Notes under the pieces: generated by a model
Told to the model about the DNA's origin: nothing
Seen by the model: only the letters and a program-made list of their open reading frames with translations
The model's database searches: none
NCBI GenBank assembly: GCA_965207065.1
Contig: OZ242260.1
Span: 3,936,001 to 4,000,000, forward strand
DNA from: a bacterium
Lineage (GTDB): Bacteria > UBA8248
Length of the DNA: 64,000 bases
Reading direction: 5' to 3'
Part shown: positions 44,247 to 53,702 of the stretch, in pieces
Layout: each line of letters opens with the position of its first letter
Position numbering within the stretch: the first letter of the stretch is position 1
Position numbers and translations under genes: made by a program

Positions 44247-45098
44247 CTAATACTCATCCGTCCAGCTTCTGCGGCGTCTTTCGCCGGCGTCACACGGCGG
44301 AGCCGCCCTCGATACCAGAACAGGGCTTCCCTTCGGGTCCGGCGGATCACCCGCCTCATGCCTTTCCGTTCCAGGCAAGCCGACGATCTCCAGAATCAGT
44401 TTTCTCCTGATGGCGCGTCCGAAAGACTTGAAATCATTCGCGACCACCAGGAAAGAGCGCCTGCCCCCGATGACGCAATTTCTGTAATACAAATCCAGGT
44501 TCGGCATCGGCATTCTTCCCCAGGGACTCGGCCGGTTGTTCACGATGGGAAGCCCGTTTATCGTCACGCCGGCACGTATGGCCCTGTCCCGCGCATTCGT
44601 CACATAGTCTCCGCTGTTGTTCGGTCCATCCCCGGAAATGTCGATCGTGCGGCGCTCGCTCGTAATACCGTTGTTCTCGAACAGCGGTAGCGCGAATTCT
44701 ATCGCGCCGCTTATCGACGTATAGGGCCCTACCCCTATCGGCGCCTGAGAGAGCAGGTAAGCGAACTCCTCGGCGCTCGCGCCGTCATGAATCCGCTTCC
44801 AGCCCACGACGACTCTCTGAAAATCGAAGCCCGCCCACTCCATGTAGGTGACCGCGATGCTTTTGTGCCTTCCCGATTGAATGGCGCGCAAAACAGACGG
44901 AGAGCGAAAAGCGTTCACATACCCCATCCGCTGGAGCTTGCCCTCCACCTCGTCCACGCTCCCGGAAACATCGACGGCCAGGACGAGTTCCAGATCCACG
45001 CTGACCGGGGCGGACCACGCGAAACTCACACCCAGGGAAATCGCTAAAATGGTCAGAAAACCCACCAGGCCGCCCCGCACGCTCGAATAGCGCATCAT
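44247..45098 (-). CDS. DUF1194 (VWA-like) exported protein
   Basis: VDLELVLAVDVSGS, IDISGDGPNN and YYRNCVIGG. Confidence 0.88.
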   Translation of the reverse strand: MMRYSSVRGGLVGFLTILAISLGVSFAWSAPVSVDLELVLAVDVSGSVDEVEGKLQRMGYVNAFRSPSVLRAIQSGRHKSIAVTYMEWAGFDFQRVVVGWKRIHDGASAEEFAYLLSQAPIGVGPYTSISGAIEFALPLFENNGITSERRTIDISGDGPNNSGDYVTNARDRAIRAGVTINGLPIVNNRPSPWGRMPMPNLDLYYRNCVIGGRRSFLVVANDFKSFGRAIRRKLILEIVGLPGTERHEAGDPPDPKGSPVLVSRAAPPCDAGERRRRSWTDEY

Positions 45099-46108
45099 TT
45101 CTCTTTCAAGACACCGGCTGCGGATTCCAGTTCCAGGCGAATCTGCTCCATCAGGGAGGAATACATGTGTTTTTCGGTGAGTAATTCTCTGGCTTCCTCC
45201 TCCACATCTTCTCGCTTGCCCAGGGCGTAATCACAGCGGACCACCCGCCATTTTGAAAATTCGCGGTACAAGCTCGAAATCTCGTCTTTCGACAGTTTCA
45301 GGCGAGACTGTAATTTCACATATTCCGCCCGTGCACGCGAGTAATCCTCGGCGATGAAAAAGCTTTCCGCATAGGCGACCTCGTACAAGACGTTCTTCGG
45401 ATAGCGCGCGCGCAGGTACGCGACGTCTTTTCGCGCCTCTTTGAATTTTTCCGCCCGGTACAGCGCCCAGATGAGGGCCAACCGCGCCGAGTTGGAGATC
45501 CAGCCGTTCCCGTCGACCGCACGCCGCAGATAGGCTCTGCCCTTCCCGCTCGTATCGCCGATGAAAAACCGGAACATCCTGACCCAGTTCTCGGTGCTTC
45601 CCCGGATGTGATAAATCCCCAGCCCGTAGTAGGCGTCGTGAACTTTCGCGTCGAGTTCGAGCGCCTTTTCGAGATGATTCTGCATCGCGCCGGCCCGCAG
45701 GAACGCGGTGAGATAGCTGCTGCTATCGAGCGCATCGACGATGCGCATGCCCTCCGTCAGCCCCGCGAGGAGGAGCGCTCTCGTGTCTTCCGGGTTTTTC
45801 TCCAGCAATGCCTCCGAGAGGGCCAGCGCCTTTTCGGCATTTTCGCGCCAGGTCTCAGAATACGCCTTGCGCCGGATATGCCCTTTCAGGATGTGGAAAA
45901 CGGACGCCTTGAAGAAATACCCCTCGGGACGTTCGGGCGCGGACGCTATCACCCGGTCGAACGAATCAGACGCGGCGGAATAGTCGCCCGCGGCAACCTG
46001 CTCGAGCCCGAGATCGATCGATTTCTCATCCAGAGACGCGCCATGAGAGAAGTTCGCGGACATCAAGGCGACGAAGAAAATGAATGCTCTCGCGTATCGG
46101 AATGCCAT
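45095..46108 (-). CDS. Exported TPR-like protein
   Basis: Signal peptide; ALELD...DAYYGLG helical repeats. Confidence 0.75.
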   Translation of the reverse strand: MAFRYARAFIFFVALMSANFSHGASLDEKSIDLGLEQVAAGDYSAASDSFDRVIASAPERPEGYFFKASVFHILKGHIRRKAYSETWRENAEKALALSEALLEKNPEDTRALLLAGLTEGMRIVDALDSSSYLTAFLRAGAMQNHLEKALELDAKVHDAYYGLGIYHIRGSTENWVRMFRFFIGDTSGKGRAYLRRAVDGNGWISNSARLALIWALYRAEKFKEARKDVAYLRARYPKNVLYEVAYAESFFIAEDYSRARAEYVKLQSRLKLSKDEISSLYREFSKWRVVRCDYALGKREDVEEEARELLTEKHMYSSLMEQIRLELESAAGVLKEK

Positions 46109-46247
46109 GTACCCTCCGGTAATCCATGCACGGGCGGCAGGCTCTGGAACCGGGCGTGTATCCACATCAATCACGATTTGCCCGCACCCGGAATTGGGCC
46201 TATCGTAGTATCGTTGGTTCGGGCATTTCAACCACAGTGAGACGAGA

Positions 46248-47573
46248 ATGTTGAACATAAAACCTCCTGATGCGGCGATTCGAATCATCCAGACCCTGGA
46301 AGCCTCGGGGCACCGGGCGCTTCTGGCGGGCGGGTGCGTGCGGGACGCACTGCTCGGCTTTGAGCCGAAAGACTGGGATATCGCCACGGACGCGGCGCCG
46401 GAGGCCGTGCAGGGCCGCTTTGAGAAAACCGTCGCGGTGGGAGCGCAGTTCGGCGTGGTGCGCGTGCGGGTGGGGGACCAGGAATTCGAGGTGGCGCAAT
46501 TCCGCGAAGACGGCCCCTACAGCGACGGAAGACACCCCGACGCCGTTCGTTCCTCCGATGAGAAAGGCGACGCGAATCGGCGCGATTTCACCATCAACGG
46601 CATGTTTTACGACGTATCGAACCATGAACTCCTCGATTATGTGGGCGGCAGGCGCGACCTCGACGAGGGCGTCATCCGGGCCATCGGCGAGCCGGGCCTG
46701 AGATTCTGTGAAGACCACCTGCGGATGATGCGGGCGGTTCGCTTCTCGGCGAGATTCGGCTTTTCTCTCGACCCGGCGACCGCCGCCGCAATCGAAGCCA
46801 ACGCCGGGCGCATCGGGAAAATCAGCCCCGAGAGAATCCGCGATGAACTGACGACGATACTGACCCAGAACAACGCCGACGCCGCCTTCGCCATGCTCGA
46901 TTCCTCGGGCCTCCTGGAACACGTGCTGCCCGAAGTCGCCGCCATGCGCGGGGTGGCGCAGCCGCCGGAATTTCACCCCGAGGGCGACGTGTGGACGCAC
47001 GTCCTCGCCATGCTGCGCATCGAGCGCTCCGCCTCGCCGACGCTCGCCTGGGGCATACTGCTCCACGACGCCGGCAAACCGGCCACATACGCCGTAACGG
47101 ACAGGATCCGCTTCAACGGACACGACAAGGTCGGCGCGCAGATGAGCGCGGACATCTGCGAGAGGCTCCGCATGCCCAGGGCGCAGGCGTCGAGAATCCA
47201 CGAGCTGGTCGCGAACCACATGCGCTTCATGCACGTCGAGAAGATGCGGGAGGCCCGCTTGAAGCGCTTCCTGCGCGAGCCGTATTTCGAGGAATTGCTC
47301 GAACTCCACCGAATCGATTGCCTCGCCAGCCACGGGAACCTGAGGACCCATGAGTTCTGCGCGCGGAAGCTCGGCGAGCTTCACGAGGAGGCCCTGCGCC
47401 CGCCGCGCCTGCTCGACGGCCACGGGCTCATGGCGATGGGCTATCCGCCGGGGCCCGGGCTGGGCGAAATCCTCGCTGCGATAGAAGACGAACAGCTCGA
47501 GGGGCGTATCTCCACCAGCGAGGAGGCCCGCGAATTCGCCCGGCGGAATTTTCCGCCGCAGCAGGATGGCTGA
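46248..47573 (+). CDS. cca: CCA tRNA nucleotidyltransferase with HD domain
   Basis: GGCVRD, KDWDI, RRDFTING, EDHLRMMRAVRF and LLHDAGK. Confidence 0.9.
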   Translation: MLNIKPPDAAIRIIQTLEASGHRALLAGGCVRDALLGFEPKDWDIATDAAPEAVQGRFEKTVAVGAQFGVVRVRVGDQEFEVAQFREDGPYSDGRHPDAVRSSDEKGDANRRDFTINGMFYDVSNHELLDYVGGRRDLDEGVIRAIGEPGLRFCEDHLRMMRAVRFSARFGFSLDPATAAAIEANAGRIGKISPERIRDELTTILTQNNADAAFAMLDSSGLLEHVLPEVAAMRGVAQPPEFHPEGDVWTHVLAMLRIERSASPTLAWGILLHDAGKPATYAVTDRIRFNGHDKVGAQMSADICERLRMPRAQASRIHELVANHMRFMHVEKMREARLKRFLREPYFEELLELHRIDCLASHGNLRTHEFCARKLGELHEEALRPPRLLDGHGLMAMGYPPGPGLGEILAAIEDEQLEGRISTSEEAREFARRNFPPQQDG

Positions 47574-47643
47574 ACCGTTGATCCGCGGCCCCATACGCAC
47601 TAGGATGGCTTTCATTCGTTTCCGCCGACTCCGGGTACCACCT

Positions 47644-48177
47644 ATGGCTCCGATATCCATCATGACGGCGACAGAACTCGCACTCTCGCTCAGGAGAATC
47701 GCCTCCGAGATGGTGGAGGCGTGCGCGGCGGAGGGGAACGTCGCGCTCATCGGCGTGCTCACCCGGGGCGAGCCGCTCGCGCGGCGCCTGGCGGGGCACA
47801 TCGAGGAGATGGAAGGCATCTCGCCCCCCCTGGGCGCGCTGGACATCGGCGTCCACCGGGACGACGGCGGCCACCCGGCCGAGCGGCCCGGCTCCGCGCC
47901 CACCCTCGTCGATTTCGACCTGACGGGCCGGGGCGTGTTCCTCGTCGACGACGTCTTCTTCACGGGCCGGACCGCCCGCGCGGCCATCGACGCCCTGATG
48001 GAGCTCGGCCGCCCGCGCAAGATATGGCTCGCCGCCCTCATCGACCGCGGCCACCGGGAGCTCCCCTTCCGCCCCGACTTCATCGGCAAGAACGTGCCCA
48101 CCGCGCTCGCCGAGCGCATCCGGGTGCGGGTGCGCGAGGTCGACGGCGAGGACGGCGTCTGGCTGGAGAAGGAGTGA
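47644..48177 (+). CDS. pyrR: Second PyrR-like phosphoribosyltransferase
   Basis: TRG, LVDDVFFTGRTARAA and DRGHRELP. Confidence 0.88.
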   Translation: MAPISIMTATELALSLRRIASEMVEACAAEGNVALIGVLTRGEPLARRLAGHIEEMEGISPPLGALDIGVHRDDGGHPAERPGSAPTLVDFDLTGRGVFLVDDVFFTGRTARAAIDALMELGRPRKIWLAALIDRGHRELPFRPDFIGKNVPTALAERIRVRVREVDGEDGVWLEKE

Positions 48178-48264
48178 GGACGATGCGGGCGATTGCGGGT
48201 CAGGCGCGCGTGAGGAGCGAGCGTCCGCCGGCCGGGGCGGGCGGGTTCGCCGGCATGATGTGGT

Positions 48265-48510
48265 GCGGGCAAATGCGGGCGGTTGCGGGGAAATGCGGTG
48301 GTCTGAAAAAACTTTTTAATCCGGTAAATTTCGATAAAATGTTCACAACCTTCTTTATGATATCTCCATAACCATCTGAATTCATATCGATTGATTCCCT
48401 TGCTCCCCGCTCGTCCGTTTTCGGGAATTTATCGAAAAACCCCGTGAATTTATCTGAATTTACGGAAAATACCACTATTTTCATTTTCTCCGCCGCATCC
48501 ATGAGACCCC
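48265..48510. repeat. Dispersed AT-rich non-coding element, copy 2
   Basis: Matches 535-790 (see that entry). Confidence 0.65.
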
Positions 48511-48979
48511 CTCCCCAGGCCGGCGCGGCCTGCCCCGCCATGTGCGCGGGATAAAACCCGACCGCAGCGGGCAGGTTTGACGCGGCCGGTGCGGGCGGGC
48601 TTAATCCCCAATCCCCCTCGCGGGCGGCATCGCTTTTATACCCCCCTGACAAGGGGGGGTAGGGGGGGTTGCTTTTGGGGCAGGCCTCCCCTCTCGGGCT
48701 CACTGTATATACGTCAGACATATATGTCCGGCCTGCCATTTCACATCCCTCGAACCGAATCACGAAATCAGGACATTGCACCAGCTCCGCAGCGGGCGGG
48801 TTCGACCCGGCCGGGGCGGGCTTTTTCAGCATTCCCCGAGGCGGGAGCGTCCGCCGTATTCACTCTTGCAGATTCCACGAACAAGCCTCCTCTCCCTTCG
48901 ATCGATTCCGACCGGGGCGGGCTGACCTTACCGGAATCCGCGATCGCGCGGTGCACGGCAAATGCGGGCTATTGCGGGG

Positions 48980-49173
48980 CAAACGCTCGCTCCTCGGGGT
49001 TGTTGAAAAAGGCCTCGTTGGGGGTGTGATGGTTTTGTAGGGGCCGCATATTATGCGGCCCGTGTGCCCCTAACGGGGAGGGTCGCATAATATGCGACCC
49101 CTACAACTTCACATCCGTCGAACCGAACCGCAGAGTCGGGACTTTTTCAACAACCCCGAGGAGCGAGCGTTTG
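48980..49173. mobile_element. MITE with perfect 32-bp terminal inverted repeats enclosing a REP doublet
   Basis: CAAACGCTCGCTCCTCGGGGTTGTTGAAAAAG (48980-49011) is the exact reverse complement of 49142-49173. Confidence 0.8.
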
Positions 49174-49189
49174 GAATCAACAGATTAGA

Positions 49190-49471
49190 GAGAAGAACCA
49201 CTACCCCCCTTGAGGGTCGTGGCCGACACATGAGAGAGGAAAATCACTCCCCCCTTGAGGGTCGTGGCCGACTTACGAGGGAGAAGAATCACTCCCCCCT
49301 TGAGGGGGAGTCGAAGAGCTGAGGGCGTTAGCCCGAAAGCGATTCGGTGGGGGGTATAACTCGGAGTGGCGATAAAACGCATTTTACCCCCCACCGATTC
49401 AGCCTTCGCAAATATCGCTCGGCTTCATCGTCGGCTTTCCCCTCGGGAAGCCGACCCTCAAGGGGGGAGTG
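49190..49471. repeat. Tandem ~45-bp units followed by a full ACTCCCCCCTTGAGGG element
   Basis: CCCCCTTGAGGGTCGTGGCCGAC occurs twice, then TCACTCCCCCCTTGAGGG...CCCTCAAGGGGGGAGTGA (49289-49471). Confidence 0.8.
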
Positions 49472-49537
49472 AATTCCCTCTCTCGTCGGACGACAAGAAC
49501 TTTCAAGGGGGGGGTTGCCTTTCCAGGCGGGCGGCGT

Positions 49538-49567
49538 TTGACGAAGCCCGCGTACCCTTTTTATACT
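49538..49567 (+). promoter_or_regulatory. Sigma70-like promoter of small coiled-coil gene 1
   Basis: TTGACG-N18-TATACT; conserved at 50208-50237 and, as TTGACG-N18-TATAGT, at 59936-59965 on the minus strand. Confidence 0.7.
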
Positions 49568-49616
49568 CGTTATCGAACACGAGGGTTCCGATCGGCCCCA
49601 CTCCGGGGAGCAAAGC

Positions 49617-49916
49617 ATGACGACGTACGAATACCTCAACCTCATCGCCTCCTATGGCGGTCTCGCGCTCATCTACCACGGCATCCGCGTCATGTCGAAG
49701 AACGCCGACATGCGCTCCGCCGACTCCGAGCGCAAGCATGACGAGTTCATGGCCGAATCCAAACGCAAGCATGACGAGGCGATGGCCGAATCCCGCCGCA
49801 GGGAGGTGGAGGGCGTCCGCAGGCACGAGGAGTCCATGGCCGCCCTGCGCGAACTCATCGACGGACAGGCGGAGAGCCGCATGGCCCTGCGCGAACTCAT
49901 CGAACGAACCAGATAA
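49617..49916 (+). CDS. Small TM-anchored coiled-coil repeat protein, copy 1
   Basis: MTTYEYLNLIASYGGLALIYHGIR, (D/E)S.RKHDE.MA repeats, ALRELI twice; three paralogs in the window. Confidence 0.8.
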   Translation: MTTYEYLNLIASYGGLALIYHGIRVMSKNADMRSADSERKHDEFMAESKRKHDEAMAESRRREVEGVRRHEESMAALRELIDGQAESRMALRELIERTR

Positions 49917-50287
49917 CCCGAACCGAGCGCCACGGTCGAAATTCCCGAAGAGGGAAATTCGACGCCCCTACGGGCCACCGCGCCTGTACGCCACGCGGCG
50001 GGATGATATCCCCACATCGCCAGAACGTATCTGTAGGGACAGGCCCCCGTGCCTGTCCGAGGCCACCGTGCCTGCACGCCACGCGGCGGGATGATATTCC
50101 CACATCGGCAGGACGTATCTTTGGTAGGGACAGGTCGCGACCTGTCCCTACGGGGTCGGTGGCCGGAATGACGGCCCAAGGCGCGCGCGGGAGGGCCACG
50201 GCAGCGTTTGACGAAGCCCGCGCGCCCTTTTTATACTCATACACCCACACGAGGGTTCCGATCGGCCCCACTCCGGGGAAAGAACGC

Positions 50288-50539
50288 GTGACGGCGTACG
50301 AATACCTCAGCATCATCGCCACCTACGGCTACCTGGCCCTCATCTACCACGGCATCCGCACGATGGAGCGAACCTGCGAGAAGAACTACGGGGACTCCGA
50401 GCGCAAGCACAATGAAACGATGGCCGAATCCGAGCGCAGACATGACGAGTTCATGACCGAATCCGCGCGCAGGCATGACGAAGCGATGGCCGATATCCGG
50501 CGCAGGGAAGAGGAAGCGATGTCCAGGCGTTTGTTGTAG
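50288..50539 (+). CDS. Small coiled-coil repeat protein, copy 2 (C-terminus cut by a REP)
   Basis: GTG start, TAYEYLSIIATYGYLALIYHGIR; the stop TAG is part of the GTAG of a REP. Confidence 0.72.
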   Translation: MTAYEYLSIIATYGYLALIYHGIRTMERTCEKNYGDSERKHNETMAESERRHDEFMTESARRHDEAMADIRRREEEAMSRRLL

Positions 50540-50813
50540 CGGACAGCCCCGTGGAGGGGCTGTCCGACGCCACCGCGCCTGTACGCCACGCGGCGGGATG
50601 ATATCCCCATATCGGCAGGACATATTTGTGGTAGGGACAGGCCCCTGTGCCTGTCCGTGGTCGCGACCTGTCCCTACGGGGTACGGGGTCGGTGGCCGAA
50701 ATGATTACGGGGTCGGTGGCCGGGATGACGAAGGACGACCACGGGGGGCCGGAGAATCCAATGGGCTGGTCCCCACGAAATCTTCCGTGGAATGAAAACC
50801 GGGGTCCCTGGAG

Positions 50814-51434
50814 ATGAAGGACAGGAAAGCGAACAGGTTGGAGGGATACGATTATTCGGAAGACGGGTGTTATTTCGTGACGATTTGCGTGCAAGGCAGA
50901 GAAGAATTGTTCGGTGAAATCATCGGCGGTGAGATGGTTTTGAGCGAGGCGGGAGAAATCGTAACAGCGCGATGGCAATGGTTGTCCGAGCGATATGATT
51001 ATGTCGAATTGGATGAATACGTCATGATGCCGAATCATTTCCACGGCATATTGATCATCCAATCCCGCCGTAGGGACAGGTCGCGACCTGTCCGGGGTTC
51101 CCGCGCCTGTCCAACGCCCCCGCGCATGCACGCCACGCGGCGGGATGATGTTACCACATCGCCAGGACATATCTGTGGTAGGGACAGGTCGCGACCTGTC
51201 CCTACGGATACGTTGAAAATCAAATCATTGTCGGAATTGATAGGCGCGTTCAAAACCACGTCGTCGAAACGTATACGCGAAAACGGCTTCGCTTCCTTCA
51301 AATGGCAACGATCGTTCTACGATCACGTGATCCGGGATGATCTGGACCTGAACCGCATCCGGGAATACATCCGGGACAATCCGTTGAAATGGGCGCTCGA
51401 TGAATACAACCCGGCAAACCACGCGGCGGGATGA
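50814..51434 (+). mobile_element. REP-associated tyrosine transposase (RAYT, Y1 HUH family)
   Basis: RL.GYDYS..G.YFVTIC, MPNHFHG, WQRSFYDHVIR and EYIRDNP..W. Confidence 0.93.
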
Positions 51435-51732
51435 TATTCCCACATCGGTAGAACGTAACTGTAGGGACAGGTCGCGACCTGTCCCTACGCGGCCGGTGGC
51501 CGGAATGACGAAGGGCGACCACGGGGATAGGCGCCTTCGAGGCGGGCGGCTACAGGTCGAACTTCCCGAAGAGGGGAGTTCGACGCCCCTACGGGTCCAC
51601 CGCGCCTGCACAACCCGCGGCGGGATGATATCCCCACATCGGTAGAACGTAACTGTAGGGACAGGTCGCGACCTGTCCCTACGGAATCGGTGGCCGGAAT
51701 GACGAAAGACAACCACAGAAGCGTCCACACAC

Positions 51733-51767
51733 AAAAAAAGCGGCCCCTCATCCGGGGCCGCCTCTTT
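51733..51767 (-). terminator. Rho-independent terminator of the lipoprotein operon
   Basis: GCGGCCCC/GGGGCCGC stem with a 7-nt U tract on the minus strand. Confidence 0.8.
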
Positions 51768-52022
51768 GAATCCATCCCTCGGCGGGGTTGCCAAGCGAGT
51801 CCAAACCAGCTATAGAAACTGCTGGGGGTTACTCATTATTCCCTGCCCACGCTGAGAGGACTCAAACTCTGTCGCATGGGCCGGTACAATTTGCTCCCGA
51901 CGATGTAGAGCAACCAATGAGTAACCCCCAAAAGAAGTCACCCCCTCTTTCCCGGCAACCTGCCCTTTCTTCCGTCTAGTTTTCATCAGGCCCGGCCCGC
52001 AGGCCAAAGGCGTCCTGCGCTC

Positions 52023-53702
52023 TTACCTGTGCGCCCCGAACGACCCGATGAAGGCGGTGCTTCCCGCCGGATTGCTTTGCTGTTTTACGTAAAAGGTTCC
52101 CGCAACCGAACCGGGAGCCTGAGGCGAGTACGTTGTTGTTATCGTGGTTTGTATGTTGGTCGGGTCCGTTCTATCCGTGTTTGTTGTTTGGGACCTTGTG
52201 ACCCTATGCCCAAAAAACTGGCCCTTCCAATCGCCACCGTAGGATTTTCCGTCAACCACGCCGACGGCCGTGCCAGCCGCAAAAGCGGGGTTTATATCAT
52301 CAACGAGGTTCTGTTTCTGCAGTTCGATGCTGCCATCGATTGATTGTCCGCCGGCGGTGATGTTCGTTACTTCGCCCTGAATGCTGCCCGTGTTCGTAGC
52401 TGTACCGGTTGGATTCCGGAACTCGGCGTTGAGCGTAACGTCCGCCGTGAAATAGCTTGTATCTCCACCCGCGAGGTAAGCGCCGTTCGCATTCCCGCTG
52501 TAGGTGGCCTTTACGTCTTTACCGTCGTCCACAATTGCGTCGATGGTGTTCACAGTAGTGGTTGCACAATTTCTTGTAGTACTTCCGTTCGCACCAGATG
52601 CTTCAATACCACTGCAGAAAGTCTGAGCAGTTGTTGCGATGGGCTGGCTCCCGTATGCGAATGCCGAAATCGTGGAAGCTCCAAAATTGGCGCCCACAGT
52701 AAGCCAGATGCCGGCGAGCAGGTAGTCGGTGTCGCGAAAATCCATTTCTGTGTACCGGTCATCGCCATCACTTAGATCAGTGTCTTCCACGACGTTTGTT
52801 CTTGTTCTTACATTGAGTCTCGTTTGCGTAATGTCAGTGTAGGCGTTGACGAAGGTGGAGCCGTCAGCGTTTTTCAGATCGAAGCCATGGGGGAGGCGGC
52901 CCGTTCCGGTGAGGGAGGGCGTCGTGCTGTCCGATGTAAGACCCTGTACCACAACCGTTCGCTGTCCGGTCACCCTGTCAGCGCCGGTCCCTGTATTCCC
53001 GGGGAATGTGGCGCAAGGCGCAGTACAAGTCTCGGTCTTATCATTGTTTATAGTCGTGACCATGGCCGAGCCAACGACAATGCTATCGGCTGTCACCGCG
53101 CCCAAAACAGCGTCTGCGAGGAGTTTGTTTTCTCTCACGTGCTTGATGAGCGAGGAGTTGTTCGTCAAGGCGATCACGTCCGCTTCCCGTTGTCTGCGAG
53201 CTTCCGCAACCGCGTTTACGGCGCTTTGGACCGCCGCCACAGCCGATTGTGCGCTTCTCAGGCGGGAAAGCGCCGCGTTCGCATCCGCGACCGCCATTTC
53301 CGCCGCCGCAGGCGTGGTGGCCGCATTCCCGGCGCTGCTCGCGCCTTCGACGCCCGCCAGGGCTGCCTGCGCGTCGCCGGCATGAGCGAGAGCGCTTGCT
53401 ATCTGATCCGCCGTAGCGTCTTCGTGAGTCTGCACCGCCGCCGCCGTCGAACTCGCCGTTTGCGCCAGATTACGGGCGTTAGAGACGATGCCTGCGAGCG
53501 TATTTCTCGCCTCGGCTATCCTTTCCTCATCCGTCGGCCCCGGCTCCATGCAGTCCGGGTACGTCCCGACTTGCTCCTGCGGGCATTCCATCACCGGCGT
53601 CGTCGCTGAGCCGCCGCCCCCGCCACCGCCGCAACCGGAGGCAAATGCCGCAATGCACACGACAAGTACCGCCAATCCAAAATATCTGAGCATTTTCATC
53701 AC
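52023..53702 (-). CDS. TbpB-like surface lipoprotein
   Basis: Lipobox ASGC followed by a Gly run, Ala-rich helices, and a C-terminal barrel ATYSG.A.G.Y...WKGQFFG...AGTF...GSFGAHR. Confidence 0.8.
   Translation of the reverse strand: MMKMLRYFGLAVLVVCIAAFASGCGGGGGGGSATTPVMECPQEQVGTYPDCMEPGPTDEERIAEARNTLAGIVSNARNLAQTASSTAAAVQTHEDATADQIASALAHAGDAQAALAGVEGASSAGNAATTPAAAEMAVADANAALSRLRSAQSAVAAVQSAVNAVAEARRQREADVIALTNNSSLIKHVRENKLLADAVLGAVTADSIVVGSAMVTTINNDKTETCTAPCATFPGNTGTGADRVTGQRTVVVQGLTSDSTTPSLTGTGRLPHGFDLKNADGSTFVNAYTDITQTRLNVRTRTNVVEDTDLSDGDDRYTEMDFRDTDYLLAGIWLTVGANFGASTISAFAYGSQPIATTAQTFCSGIEASGANGSTTRNCATTTVNTIDAIVDDGKDVKATYSGNANGAYLAGGDTSYFTADVTLNAEFRNPTGTATNTGSIQGEVTNITAGGQSIDGSIELQKQNLVDDINPAFAAGTAVGVVDGKSYGGDWKGQFFGHRVTRSQTTNTDRTDPTNIQTTITTTYSPQAPGSVAGTFYVKQQSNPAGSTAFIGSFGAHR

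Larger units (their letters stand above)
49975..51705. repeat. GTAG-REP composite repeat array around and inside the RAYT gene
   Basis: GTAGGGACAGGTCGCGACCTGTCCCTAC at 50124, 51178, 51461 and 51655; six units carrying a CGCGGCGGGATGAT core. Confidence 0.9.

Noticed and set aside
46200-48272. 690-aa minus-strand ORF (likewise 34102..35970 and 26469..28025)
   Set aside because: Antisense to well-supported genes, with no recognisable motifs.
49975-51705. CRISPR array
   Set aside because: The repeats are GTAG-REPs with irregular spacing and repeated rather than unique spacers; no cas genes are present.
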